This document shows positions 1 through 8,432 of a stretch of DNA of 31,743 nucleotides, piece after piece. The position numbers and the translations under genes were made by a program. The notes under the pieces were generated by a model. It had not been told where the DNA came from. It made no database searches and was given only the letters and a program-made list of their open reading frames with translations. Origin of the DNA: Solirubrobacterales bacterium (GTDB taxonomy: Bacteria > Actinomycetota > Thermoleophilia > Solirubrobacterales > 70-9); assembly GCA_036262475.1 (NCBI GenBank), contig DATAIY010000474.1, positions 1 through 31,743 on the forward strand, given 5' to 3'. Within the stretch, counting starts at the first letter, position 1; every line of letters starts with the position of its first letter.

Positions 1-323
1 CCCCAACTCCCTGGACGGACAGTAGTAGCAGCGATCGCTCGCGTGGTCGTGGACAGCAATCCAGTCGACCATCGACGCCGTGAAGTGCTTCGTCTGTCGG
101 ACCTTGCCTTTCGTGAGCGAATGCGATCGGCATCTGATGAGGATTCTGCGCCCGTTGGATTGCCTGAACTTCACCTGGATTCGGGGAGATGACCTTCGAA
201 GTCCGCGATTAGGTCGTGGTCGCAGTCCTCTCCAAAGGAGATAGCGGGTCTGCAGCCGCGCGCGATCAGATCCGCGGCGATCTTTAGCTCCGCCAGGTCC
301 CCTTTCTGCTTCAAAGACGCCAT
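1..323 (-). pseudogene. PD-(D/E)XK endonuclease (PDDEXK_5 / I-Ssp6803I-like), frameshifted, 3' end beyond window edge
   Basis: MASLKQKGDLAELKIAADL...FGEDCDHDLIADFEGHL continues in another frame as RIQVKFRQSNGRRILIRCRSHSLTKGKVRQTKHFTASMVDWIAVHDHASDRCYYCP. One base is missing at the G4 run 183-186. The D...QVK catalytic pattern is present. Confidence 0.75.
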
Positions 324-424
324 CAACATCGAAGGTAGATCGAGACCGGCTTCCCTTCGCAAGCAAACAGTGCCAATAGTGCAACAAGGGTCCTCGGCCA
401 CACCGGTTAGCTGGAGGTCAGGAC

Positions 425-1198
425 TCAGCCGAAGACGGCGCGCTTGTATTTCGCCACCGAGAGGAAGGCGAAGACGGCGGCGATGCCGATCGACCAGGCG
501 ACGGCGCCCCAGATGTCGTTGCCGGCGGGGGCGCCGAGGAAGAGCGCGCGCATCGCATTGACGGTGATCGTGAAGGGGTTGACTTCGGCGAAGGCCTGCA
601 GCGGCGCCGGCATCGATTCGACTGGGACGAAGGCGGAGGAGACGAAGGTCAGGGGGAAGATGAGGATGAAGCCGAGCGACTGCGAAGCCTCCGGCGAGGA
701 CGAGGAGAGGCCGATGAAGGCGAAGACCCAGGAGAAGGCGTAGCCGAAGAGCAGCAGCAGGAGGATGCCGGCGACGATGTGGGCGATGGGGGCGTTGAAG
801 GAGAAGCCGGCGAGGGCGCCGACGCCGATCATGATCGCGATCGAGACCGAGTTGGTGGCGATGTCGGCCAGGGTGCGGCCGGCGAGGACGGCGGAGCGGG
901 ACATTGGCAGGGAGCGGAAGCGGTCGACCAGGCCCTTCTTCAGGTCCTCGGCCAGACCCAGCGCGGTGACGAAGCCGCCGAAGGCCATCGTCTGGACGAT
1001 GATCCCCGGCATCAGGAAGTCGACATAGTCGTAGCCGGGCGTCTGGATCGCGCCGCCGAAGACGTAGACGAAGAGCAGGACGAACATGATTGGCTGCACG
1101 GTGAAGGAGAGCAGCAGGTCGGGGGCGCGAGGGATGCGCAGGAAGCTGCGTTTGGCCAGCACCAGCGTGTCGGAGATGCCGTTGGCGAAGTTGCTCGT
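425..1198 (-). CDS. ABC-2 type transporter permease (DrrB-like)
   Basis: Hydrophobic ORF: LLLSFTVQPIMFVLLFVYVFGGAI, DFLMPGIIVQTMAF, GLVDRFRSLPMSRSAVLAGR, SSAFVPVESMP, EVNPFT. The expected start position reads ACG (ACG AGC AAC TTC), not ATG. Confidence 0.9.
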   Translation of the reverse strand, partial: TSNFANGISDTLVLAKRSFLRIPRAPDLLLSFTVQPIMFVLLFVYVFGGAIQTPGYDYVDFLMPGIIVQTMAFGGFVTALGLAEDLKKGLVDRFRSLPMSRSAVLAGRTLADIATNSVSIAIMIGVGALAGFSFNAPIAHIVAGILLLLLFGYAFSWVFAFIGLSSSSPEASQSLGFILIFPLTFVSSAFVPVESMPAPLQAFAEVNPFTITVNAMRALFLGAPAGNDIWGAVAWSIGIAAVFAFLSVAKYKRAVFG

Positions 1199-2177
1199 CC
1201 TCGTCCTCGTCCTCGCTCTCGCCGTCGCCGTCTCCGGACTCGGCCGCGTGCCCGGTGAGGGTGAGGAAGACATCGTCGAGGGTGGGCCGCCGCATCGCCA
1301 CGTCGTCGATCCCGATCCCGGCCTCGTTGAGCCGGCGCACGGCGTCGGCGATCGTCCCCTTGCGCTGCTTGATCGGCATCCGCAGCACGCCCTCGACCAG
1401 GGACGCGCGCTCCGCCGCGATCGGCTCCAGCGCCGCGATCGCCGCCTCGGCGTCGGTCTCGATTTCAAGCGTGACGTCGAGCCGCTCGCCGCCGACCTGG
1501 TCCCTTGAGTTCGTCCGAGCTGCCCTCGGCGATGACGCGGCCGCGGTCGATGACCGAGATCCGGTCGGCCAGGCGGTCGGCCTCGTCGAGGTACTGAGTG
1601 GTGAGCAGGACGGTGGTGCCGCTGGCGACCCGGGCCTCGATCGTCTCCCAGAGGCCGATCCGGCTGCGCGGGTCCAGCCCGGTCGTCGGCTCGTCGAGGA
1701 AGAGGACAGGCGGCCGGGCGACCAGCGCCGCGGCGAGGTCGAGGCGACGGCGCATCCCACCCGAGTAGGTGCGTACCAGGCGGTCGGCGGCATCGCTGAG
1801 GTCGAAGCGCTCCAGCAGCTCGGCGGCGCGGCTGCGCGGCTCCCCCCTTGGCAGGTGGTAGAGGCGGCCGACCATCTCCAGGTTCTCGGCCCCGGTCAGG
1901 TTCTCGTCGACCGCCGCGTACTGGCCGGCGAGGCCGATCTTGGTCCGCAGCTTCGCCGCTTCGGTGGCGACGTCGAGCCCGGCGACCCGGGCGCTGCCGC
2001 CGTCGGGGGGAGCAGCGTCGTGAGGATGCGGACGGCGGTCCTCTTGCCGGCGCCGTTGGGACCGAGCAGGCCGAGCACGGTTCCGGACGGGACCCGGAGG
2101 TCGATCCCGTCGAGCGCCTGCACCTTCCCGTAGGACTTGCGCAAGCCTTCGGCCTCGATTGCGACGTCATCGGCGAC
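1195..2177 (-). pseudogene. ABC transporter ATP-binding protein (DrrA-like), split across three frames
   Basis: Walker [10 protein letters not shown], signature YSGGMRRRL, Walker [15 protein letters not shown]-loop region [11 protein letters not shown]-terminal RRPTLDDVFLTLTG. Frameshifts at G6 2005-2010 and C3 1502-1504. No canonical start (GTC at 2177) and no in-frame stop before the permease. Confidence 0.85.
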
Positions 2178-2210
2178 CCCGCCAAACTAACGGGCGCCCC
2201 GTCGCCTGGA

Positions 2211-3236
2211 TCAGTCGTCGAAGTCGAAGTCCTTGGGGGGCTGCTGCTCGAACCAGAGGTTGTCGTCCTCGGGCGCGTCCTCGAGGAAGTCCGGGGTGTC
2301 CTCGAGCGGGTCCTCGTTCTCCTCGCCGTCGTCTCCCTCGACGTCCCCGGCGGCCACCTCGACCTCCGGGGCATCCTCCTCCCTCTCGATTTCGCCGGAG
2401 TCCTCCTCATCCGCCTCGAGGTCGTAGGTCGCGGTGGATTCCTCGGTCTGAGGGACGGTCGCGTGCTCCTCGGTGGCAGGGCCGACGGGCTCGGCTGGCG
2501 CCACCGCTGGATGCTCGTCGGTCAGCGGCGCCTCGAGCGCCTGGTTGAGCTCGTCGGAAAGGCGCTGCTCGCTGAAGAAGTCGTCCTCCTCCTCGTCGGC
2601 CGGCTCCTCGGCCACCTCGGCGTCTGCACCGGTGTCGACGATGCCGCTGAGCGGGTCGACCGGCGCCAGGCGCGGCTCCGACAGCTCGGCGTCGACCAGC
2701 TGCTCGTCTGAGGGGCTGAGCGGTTCCGAACCCGCCTCGAGCTCGGCCTCGACGTCGAAGAACTCGGTCGGCTGCTCGGCGATCGCGTGGCGCTCTTCGG
2801 TCGAGTGGCCACCGTCGACCTCCGGCTCGGGGTCGGGCGCGGCGGCCGGATCCGGCTCGGGATGGGGAGCGGGCATGGTCTGTTCGATCGCCGGTTGCTG
2901 CTCCTCGGAGGGGGCCTCCGGCGCATCGACAGGGGTCGCCTCCGCGGGCGTCGGCTGCTCCGCCGGGGGCGGCTCCGGAGCCTCCTGCAGATCGGCGATA
3001 TTGGGCTCGCGACGGCCGCTCGGCTCACCTTTTTCGGCGTCCGACGCCGCCTCGTCGGCACCCGTGGCAGGCGCGGTTAGGAACTCGGTCGGCGCCTCCG
3101 CGAAGGGGTCCGCGTCTTCGGGACGCCCAGGCGGCCCAAAAGCCTCGTCCTCGAGCTTTTTGAGCTCGGCTTCGTCCGCGCCATGCGCGCGCTTCAGTTC
3201 CAGATGCTCTCGAATTGCGTCGTCGAGGATGCTCAT
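2211..3236 (-). CDS. Hypothetical acidic, Pro/Ala/Glu-rich, probably disordered protein with structured-looking termini
   Basis: 341-aa ORF with GC3-biased codons. N-terminus MSILDDAIREHLELKRAHG, long E/D/P/A linker, C-terminus LWFEQQPPKDFDFDD. Confidence 0.85.
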   Translation of the reverse strand: MSILDDAIREHLELKRAHGADEAELKKLEDEAFGPPGRPEDADPFAEAPTEFLTAPATGADEAASDAEKGEPSGRREPNIADLQEAPEPPPAEQPTPAEATPVDAPEAPSEEQQPAIEQTMPAPHPEPDPAAAPDPEPEVDGGHSTEERHAIAEQPTEFFDVEAELEAGSEPLSPSDEQLVDAELSEPRLAPVDPLSGIVDTGADAEVAEEPADEEEDDFFSEQRLSDELNQALEAPLTDEHPAVAPAEPVGPATEEHATVPQTEESTATYDLEADEEDSGEIEREEDAPEVEVAAGDVEGDDGEENEDPLEDTPDFLEDAPEDDNLWFEQQPPKDFDFDD

Positions 3237-3326
3237 GTCGCCATTCCCTGGATGAGGCTGCCAAAGACTATGCGGTTATCCTTGCTCTTGCGAGGCAATG
3301 GGCACAACTTCCCAGCCATGCATCTT

Positions 3327-3399
3327 GGGGCTATAGCTCAGCTGGCAGAGCGCCTGGATCGCACCCAGGAGGTCGGCGGTTCGAATCCGCCTAGCTCCA
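3327..3399 (+). tRNA. tRNA-Ala (anticodon CGC), CCA not encoded
   Basis: Acceptor GGGGCTA/TAGCTCC with the G3:U70 Ala determinant. D arm GCTC-AGCTGGCA-GAGC; anticodon stem CCTGG/CCAGG with loop ATCGCAC; T arm GGCGG-TTCGAAT-CCGCC; discriminator A. Confidence 0.97.
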
Positions 3400-4173
3400 C
3401 TGCGTCAGCGGGATGCCGGCCGCCGCCTCCTCCAGCAGCCAGGACAGCGGCGCCAGGATCTCCTCCCCGGCCAGCTCACCCACCGGCTCGCCGAGCCGGG
3501 ACACGACCGCCGCCAGGATCGCCCGGTGCTCCTGGCTGCCGTGCCCCGCCCACTGCTCGAGCCGCTCTTCGGCAACCTGGTCGAGCAGGGGACGCCCGTC
3601 CAGCCCGGCGTCGGGGTTGTGCAGGAAGGCAGTCACGAGCTCGGCCTGGCGGCCCTTGAAATCGCCCGCGACAGGGTCGAGCCGTCCTTCCTCCACGGCG
3701 CACTCCAGCTCGAGCGCGATGCGGTCGCGCAGGCGCGCTTCCTCGAAGCCCATCATCGAGCGCCAGCGGAGCTCGTCGGTGTCGGGCGGCTCCAGCCCGG
3801 AGGCCTCGAGCGCTTCACGCAGCAGCTCGCCTGCCGATTGCTCTTCCACCTCCCATGCCCGCAGCATTCGCATCGTCTGCTCGGAGGCGCAGATCTCCGC
3901 GTACGCTCCGGCGCCGCCGACAAGCTCGAGGAACCGCCCGAGCCGTTCCGCCACGGCCTGCTTCACCGCGAGAGGCGCGAGCAGATTGCGCGGAAGCTCA
4001 TACCAGAGGAACAGCTGCAGCCGGTAGCGCGTGACCACGATCGGCTCCCCGTCGTCCTCCCAACCGGCGATCGATTCGAGCCCAGCCTCGACGTCGGGCC
4101 GAGCGTCGAGGTCGTGCTCGCCCAACCTTGCAAGGCCGCGCTCGACCGCTGTGGCTGACAGCTCGACCGGCAT
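3391..4173 (-). CDS. Hypothetical protein, probably C-terminally truncated at the tRNA 3' end
   Basis: GC3-biased ORF (LQLFLWYELPRNL...LAPLSWLLEEAAAGIPLTQ). Its last codons and stop come from the antisense of the tRNA acceptor stem (3391-3399). Confidence 0.7.
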   Translation of the reverse strand: MPVELSATAVERGLARLGEHDLDARPDVEAGLESIAGWEDDGEPIVVTRYRLQLFLWYELPRNLLAPLAVKQAVAERLGRFLELVGGAGAYAEICASEQTMRMLRAWEVEEQSAGELLREALEASGLEPPDTDELRWRSMMGFEEARLRDRIALELECAVEEGRLDPVAGDFKGRQAELVTAFLHNPDAGLDGRPLLDQVAEERLEQWAGHGSQEHRAILAAVVSRLGEPVGELAGEEILAPLSWLLEEAAAGIPLTQWS

Positions 4174-4362
4174 CGGCACAGTCTGCCTGACCCCATCCCC
4201 CCGCGCTATGGCGCCCGTCACTCAGACCAACGCCTGGACCGCGGCCACCAACGCCCTGCCGCCACCGAGCCAAGAATCGGATCCAGGAGATCGGCGACTG
4301 CCGCATGGCCAAAATATCGAGATCCGGCGCGGCGCCAACCTCCCGTGCCAGCTCGGCTAGAA

Positions 4363-5018
4363 GGCCTGGAAGGCACGGCGATCAGCGGCGAAGGCAAGAA
4401 CGTCTAGTCGCGGCCGCGGTTTCCGAAGCCCTCGTCGTGTTCGCGCGCAACCCGTCCACCGGTGCGCTGACGCAGGCGGCGGATGGGAGCGGCTGCGTCG
4501 TTTCCAGCCCGCTCGCCGGCTGCACCACGGGCGCCCAGCCGGGCGGCGCGGACGCGGTGACGGTCAGCCCCGACGACGAAGACGTATACGTGACTTCGCT
4601 GTTCAGCAAGAGCGTCACCTCCTTCACCCGCTCGACCTGCTCCGGTCTCCTCACCCAGAAGTCCGGCCCCTCCGGCTGCCTGGTCTTCCTGCGCTCCACC
4701 GGCTGCTCGTTCGCTCGTGCGCTCAACGCTCCCGAGGGGCTTGGCGTCTCGCCGGACGGGGCCAACCTCTACGCGGCCTCGTTCGCGCCGGGCGCGATCG
4801 CGGTCCTCGATCGCAACACGCGCTCCGGCGTCGTCGCCCAGAAGCCGCTCCGGCCGGGCTGCGTCGGCTCGGTCCCCGACTGCTCGCGTGCCCAGGCGCT
4901 GAGCGGCGCCAGCTCCCTTGCCATCAGCCCCGACGGGGGCTACCTCTACGCGGCCGCATCCAAGAGCAACGCGATCGCCATCTTCCGGTGGGTCACCCGG
5001 CCGCACGGGTCGAAGTGA
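4363..5018 (+). pseudogene. Beta-propeller (lactonase/YVTN-like) repeat protein fragment
   Basis: Blade repeats AVTVSPDDEDVYVTS, GLGVSPDGANLYAAS and SLAISPDGGYLYAAA. An upstream blade GLEGTAISGEGKNV is out of frame by one base at ~4406. No start codon or signal peptide found. Confidence 0.7.
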
Positions 5019-5063
5019 CGCGTCGATAGGCGGGCGAAGCCCGTGAGAGCATGCGGGTCGCGA

Positions 5064-6137
5064 ATGAGTGACTTCCTGGTCAAGCGCAGCGATCTCCGTG
5101 AGTGCCGCGTCGTCGAGTCCGAGACGCCCCAGCTGGAAGCGGGCCAGGCGATGCTCCGGGTCGAGACCTTCGGGCTGACCGCGAACAACGTCACCTATGC
5201 GGTGATGGGCGAGGCGATGTCCTACTGGGACTTCTTCCCCGCCGAGGACGGTTGGGGGCGGGTTCCGATGTGGGGGTTCGCCGAGGTGGAGCGCAGCACG
5301 GCGGATGGGGTCGAGCCCGGGACGCGCGTGTACGGGTATCTGCCTCCGTCCTCGCACCTGGTCGTGACGCCCGTTGAGGCCGCCGGCAGCGGGTTCGTCG
5401 ACGGTTCCGCGCATCGGGCGGCGCTGCCTTCGGCCTACCACCGCTATCTGGCGACCGGCGCCGACCCCTTCTACCGGGCGGACACAGAGGAGATCCAGAT
5501 GCTGTTGCGGCCGCTCTTCTTCACCTCCTTCCTGATCGACGACCAGCTCGCGGCCGAGAGACTCACCGGCCTCGGGCCGATCGTGATCTCCAGCGCCTCG
5601 AGCAAGACGGCGATCGCCGCCGCGTTCGCGCTGGCCCAGCGCGAGGAGGTCAAGTTGGTCGGCCTGACCTCGCCGCGCAGCGCCGAGTTCGTCGCCGGCC
5701 TCGGGATCTACGACCGCACGGTCTCCTATGACGCGGTCGACTCGCTCGAGCGCGGGCCCGCCACCTTCGTCGACATCGCGGGCGACGGCGAGGTGCGCCT
5801 TGCGGTCCACTCGCATTACGGCGAGGACCTCGTCCACAGCATGGCGGTGGGGGTCACGCACTGGCAGGAGCTCGGGTCCGGCGCGACCGAGCTGCCGGGG
5901 CCGACGCCGGCCTTGTTCTTCGCCCCCGACCGGATTGAAAAGCGCTCCAAGGACTGGGGTCGCGGCGGCCTCGAGAAGCGCGTAGCCGACGCCTGGCATC
6001 CGTTCTGCGAGTGGACCGGCGGCTGGCTCAAGGTGAATCGCGGCCAAGGGTTCGAGGGAGCCCAGAGCGCCTACCTCGACGTTCTCGAGGGCCGCGTCGA
6101 CCCCCGGACCGCGCACGTGATCTCACTCGACGGCTAG
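5064..6137 (+). CDS. DUF2855 family protein
   Basis: FGLTANNVTYA, YWDFFP, GRVPMWGFAEV, RVYGYLP, LFFTSFLIDD, SSASSKTA, FFAP are motifs I recognise from DUF2855. Confidence 0.85.
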   Translation: MSDFLVKRSDLRECRVVESETPQLEAGQAMLRVETFGLTANNVTYAVMGEAMSYWDFFPAEDGWGRVPMWGFAEVERSTADGVEPGTRVYGYLPPSSHLVVTPVEAAGSGFVDGSAHRAALPSAYHRYLATGADPFYRADTEEIQMLLRPLFFTSFLIDDQLAAERLTGLGPIVISSASSKTAIAAAFALAQREEVKLVGLTSPRSAEFVAGLGIYDRTVSYDAVDSLERGPATFVDIAGDGEVRLAVHSHYGEDLVHSMAVGVTHWQELGSGATELPGPTPALFFAPDRIEKRSKDWGRGGLEKRVADAWHPFCEWTGGWLKVNRGQGFEGAQSAYLDVLEGRVDPRTAHVISLDG

Positions 6138-6149
6138 ACGAGGACTCGC

Positions 6150-7424
6150 TCAGTGCTTGGCGAGCTTGAGGTTGCCGAGCACGCCGACCCGGAAGCCAAG
6201 CCAGGGATAGGTGGCGGTGAAGAGCGCGTTGTCCTGGGGCTGAAGCCCGACCGCGGAGAGCCAGAGCTGGTAGGCGGGGGCGTTGGCGATGCCGCCGTGC
6301 AGTCGCCGCCAGACCCGCCCGTCGCTTTGGCCCGTCGGGGACGGGGCGATGGTGTCGGTCCACTCCACCGCGTTGCCGCCCTGATCGAGGGTTCCCCAGG
6401 GCGAGGTGGTCTTCGCCTGACCGACCGTGCCGAGGCTTCCCTGGTAGATCTCGGCATAGGTCGTTGGGTCGATTCCGAAGGGGTTGACGGTCGCGCAGGC
6501 TTCCTGTGGTTGCACGGCCGCCGGGCACCAGCTCGGCGCCGCCACGCCTGAGGCGTGATAGGTCGCCAGCGGCTGCGTCGCCGCATTCGTGACGTCGCCG
6601 TTGGACGGGTCGAGCGCCGTCGGGGTGGGCGCGGTCGCCGTGCCGTCGCCGAAGACGCCCGCGTTGGTCGGGTACTTCCAGTAGGAGTAGGTCCCGCCGC
6701 CGTTGGGGTCGTAGTAGGCCGCCTTTATCCACTCGTTCTGGCTGGGCAGGACGAAGCCGGACTTGCGAGACCGGGTCGGGCCTTCGCGCCCGCCTTTCGC
6801 CCTGCCGAAGTCATACATCCCGCTCTCGGTCTGCTTCGAGAGCCGCACCCGGTAGCTGACATAGCGGAAGGCGCCTTCGCTGCTGGCGTGTTTGGAGAGC
6901 AGGCGCCCGTTGTAGAGGGAGTTGACGAAGCGCGCCGCTCGCAGGAAGTTGGCGAAGCCATAGGGCTTGGCGGCCCATTCCGGAGAGGCCACCGAGTAGT
7001 GGTGGCCCTTGCCGGCGCCGGAGGAGAAGTCGATCTGGCCGAACCTGGGCCAGGCCGAGGGGCTCTCGTTCGGCTCATAGAGACGATGCGGATCGCGACC
7101 GGTCGGATCGGCCGTGTTCAGAAACGCTACCCACTGCTTGACGGTGATCTCGAGTTGACCGATGCCATAGCGGTACTTGACCCCGCCGACGCTCAGACAT
7201 TCAGCCGAAGACGCAGGAGCTTCTTCACAGGAGCGGTAGACGGCATCGGTGAACGGGACGATTCCCACCGAGGGGTTCCCCGGCGCGCCGACCTTGACCG
7301 TCTTCAGCGTCACGACCGCGCCCCCCGAGGAGGCGACCGACATCGTCGGACCCGCGAGCGCGGACAGCGCCGCCACGGCCAGCGCCAGCACCAAGCGCCT
7401 GCGCGGTGTGCCGGTCGCTGCCAT
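6150..7424 (-). CDS. Secreted FGE/SUMF1-fold (C-type-lectin-like) domain protein
   Basis: Signal peptide TPRRRLVLALAVAALSALAG. Motifs VGAPGN, YGIGQLEITVKQWVAFLN, LPSQNEWIKAAYY, GTLDQGGNAVEW, HGG and LGFRV. SD GAGG precedes ATG 7424; alternative ATG at 7448. Confidence 0.8.
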   Translation of the reverse strand: MAATGTPRRRLVLALAVAALSALAGPTMSVASSGGAVVTLKTVKVGAPGNPSVGIVPFTDAVYRSCEEAPASSAECLSVGGVKYRYGIGQLEITVKQWVAFLNTADPTGRDPHRLYEPNESPSAWPRFGQIDFSSGAGKGHHYSVASPEWAAKPYGFANFLRAARFVNSLYNGRLLSKHASSEGAFRYVSYRVRLSKQTESGMYDFGRAKGGREGPTRSRKSGFVLPSQNEWIKAAYYDPNGGGTYSYWKYPTNAGVFGDGTATAPTPTALDPSNGDVTNAATQPLATYHASGVAAPSWCPAAVQPQEACATVNPFGIDPTTYAEIYQGSLGTVGQAKTTSPWGTLDQGGNAVEWTDTIAPSPTGQSDGRVWRRLHGGIANAPAYQLWLSAVGLQPQDNALFTATYPWLGFRVGVLGNLKLAKH

Positions 7425-7511
7425 GCCTCTCGCTATGCCAATGCTCATCGCTTCCCGACTACCTTAGTTCGCCTTCACCGTTCCGGCGAACGGCGTGGCC
7501 GGAAAGGCTGT

Positions 7512-7979
7512 TCAGTCAGCGCTCTCGCCCTCGACGTAGGGCGGGGCGAAGCCCCAGCCCCAGCGGGGCATCGGCGCGTGCTGGGCCACCTTGGCCGCGG
7601 CCGCGGACTTGTGCACGGCCAGTCGCGAGCCCCACTCCGCGTAGCCGATGACCGTCGCCCGGAACTCGGGGTCGGCCGGCAGCCCCGCGTCGTCCGAAAC
7701 GGCCTGGCTCAGCGTGGTCACGAACCGCAGCCGCTGCTGGGGCGTGATCTCCAGCCCCCGGTGGTGGGCGAGCATCGACTCATAGCCGTCGAGCGCCGGC
7801 CCGCCCATCACCTCGACCCACCAGGCGGCGACATGGTCGCGGTGCTCGGCGCCGACCGTGCCGCCGAAGAGCGGGGCGAGCAGGTCGTCGCCTTCGACCA
7901 GGTCGTAGAAGACGTTGAGCCAGCGCTCGAGCGGCTCGGCGCCTCCGGCCCACTCGTAGATCGCCGGTGGCTCGGCCAC
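7512..7979 (-). CDS. Group II truncated haemoglobin (bacterial globin)
   Basis: IYEWAGG, VFYDLV, LLAPLF, HVAAWWVEVMGGP, MLAHHRGLEIT, LPADPEFR, YAEWGS, MPRWGWG. GTG start. Confidence 0.85.
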   Translation of the reverse strand: MAEPPAIYEWAGGAEPLERWLNVFYDLVEGDDLLAPLFGGTVGAEHRDHVAAWWVEVMGGPALDGYESMLAHHRGLEITPQQRLRFVTTLSQAVSDDAGLPADPEFRATVIGYAEWGSRLAVHKSAAAAKVAQHAPMPRWGWGFAPPYVEGESAD

Positions 7980-8005
7980 GGGACCGAGGATCGCAAACTC
8001 GCAAC

Positions 8006-8377
8006 CTAGGGCTGCTCGCGGCTAGCTCCGGCCTCCTGCTCGGCCGGCCCCGAGTAGCTCCGCTCGGGCCTGATCCGGTTCAACATCTGGAGCTCTCACT
8101 CGGACTGCTTGAGGGTGCGAGCGTCGCCGATGGTCCCGGGCGCGATCCGGACCAGCTTCTTGCGCGATTTACGCGAGTACCGCAGCCACCGGTTGACGCC
8201 GAGACCGACTCCGGTGAAGGAATGTCCCTCGTGCAGGACGGTGAGCTCCGGGATCATTGATATCGACAGCAGGTCGCGACTCGAGGCGATGAGGAAGCTC
8301 CCGGCCGCATCGCCACACGCATTGCCTGGGTCCGCTCACCGATCCGGATACTGGTCAACGGCTCCGGGGTCGTCAAG
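8006..8377 (-). pseudogene. Decayed coding remnant of unknown family
   Basis: A single GC3-rich frame with two internal TGA (8336-8338, 8096-8098): LDDPGAVDQYPDR*ADPG...FLIASSRDLLSISMIPELTVLHEGHSFTGVGLGVNRWLRYSRK...KQSE*ELQMLNRIRPER. Confidence 0.45.
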
Positions 8378-8432
8378 GACCCGGTTTGGATCGGGGCCGA
8401 GCGTTCAGCCCGACCCCCCTTCAATGCCGTCC

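Noticed and set aside
330-424. GGTGTGGCCGAG on the minus strand as a tRNA 5' half or group I intron boundary before the nuclease
   Set aside because: The match is too short, with no acceptor, D-stem or intron core structure visible.
171-2410. Long ORFs 171-1793 (540 aa) and 425-2410 (661 aa)
   Set aside because: They are chimeras created by frameshifts. Each contains only part of the real ATPase or permease plus off-frame Arg/Pro-rich text.
6150-6400. Diversity-generating retroelement target (FGE-type CLec fold)
   Set aside because: No reverse transcriptase and no template-repeat copy of this segment in the window.
8016-8062. CTAGCTCC / TAGCTCC matches to the tRNA 3' end as an attR
   Set aside because: Only 7-8 bp, which is expected by chance, and no integrase is nearby.
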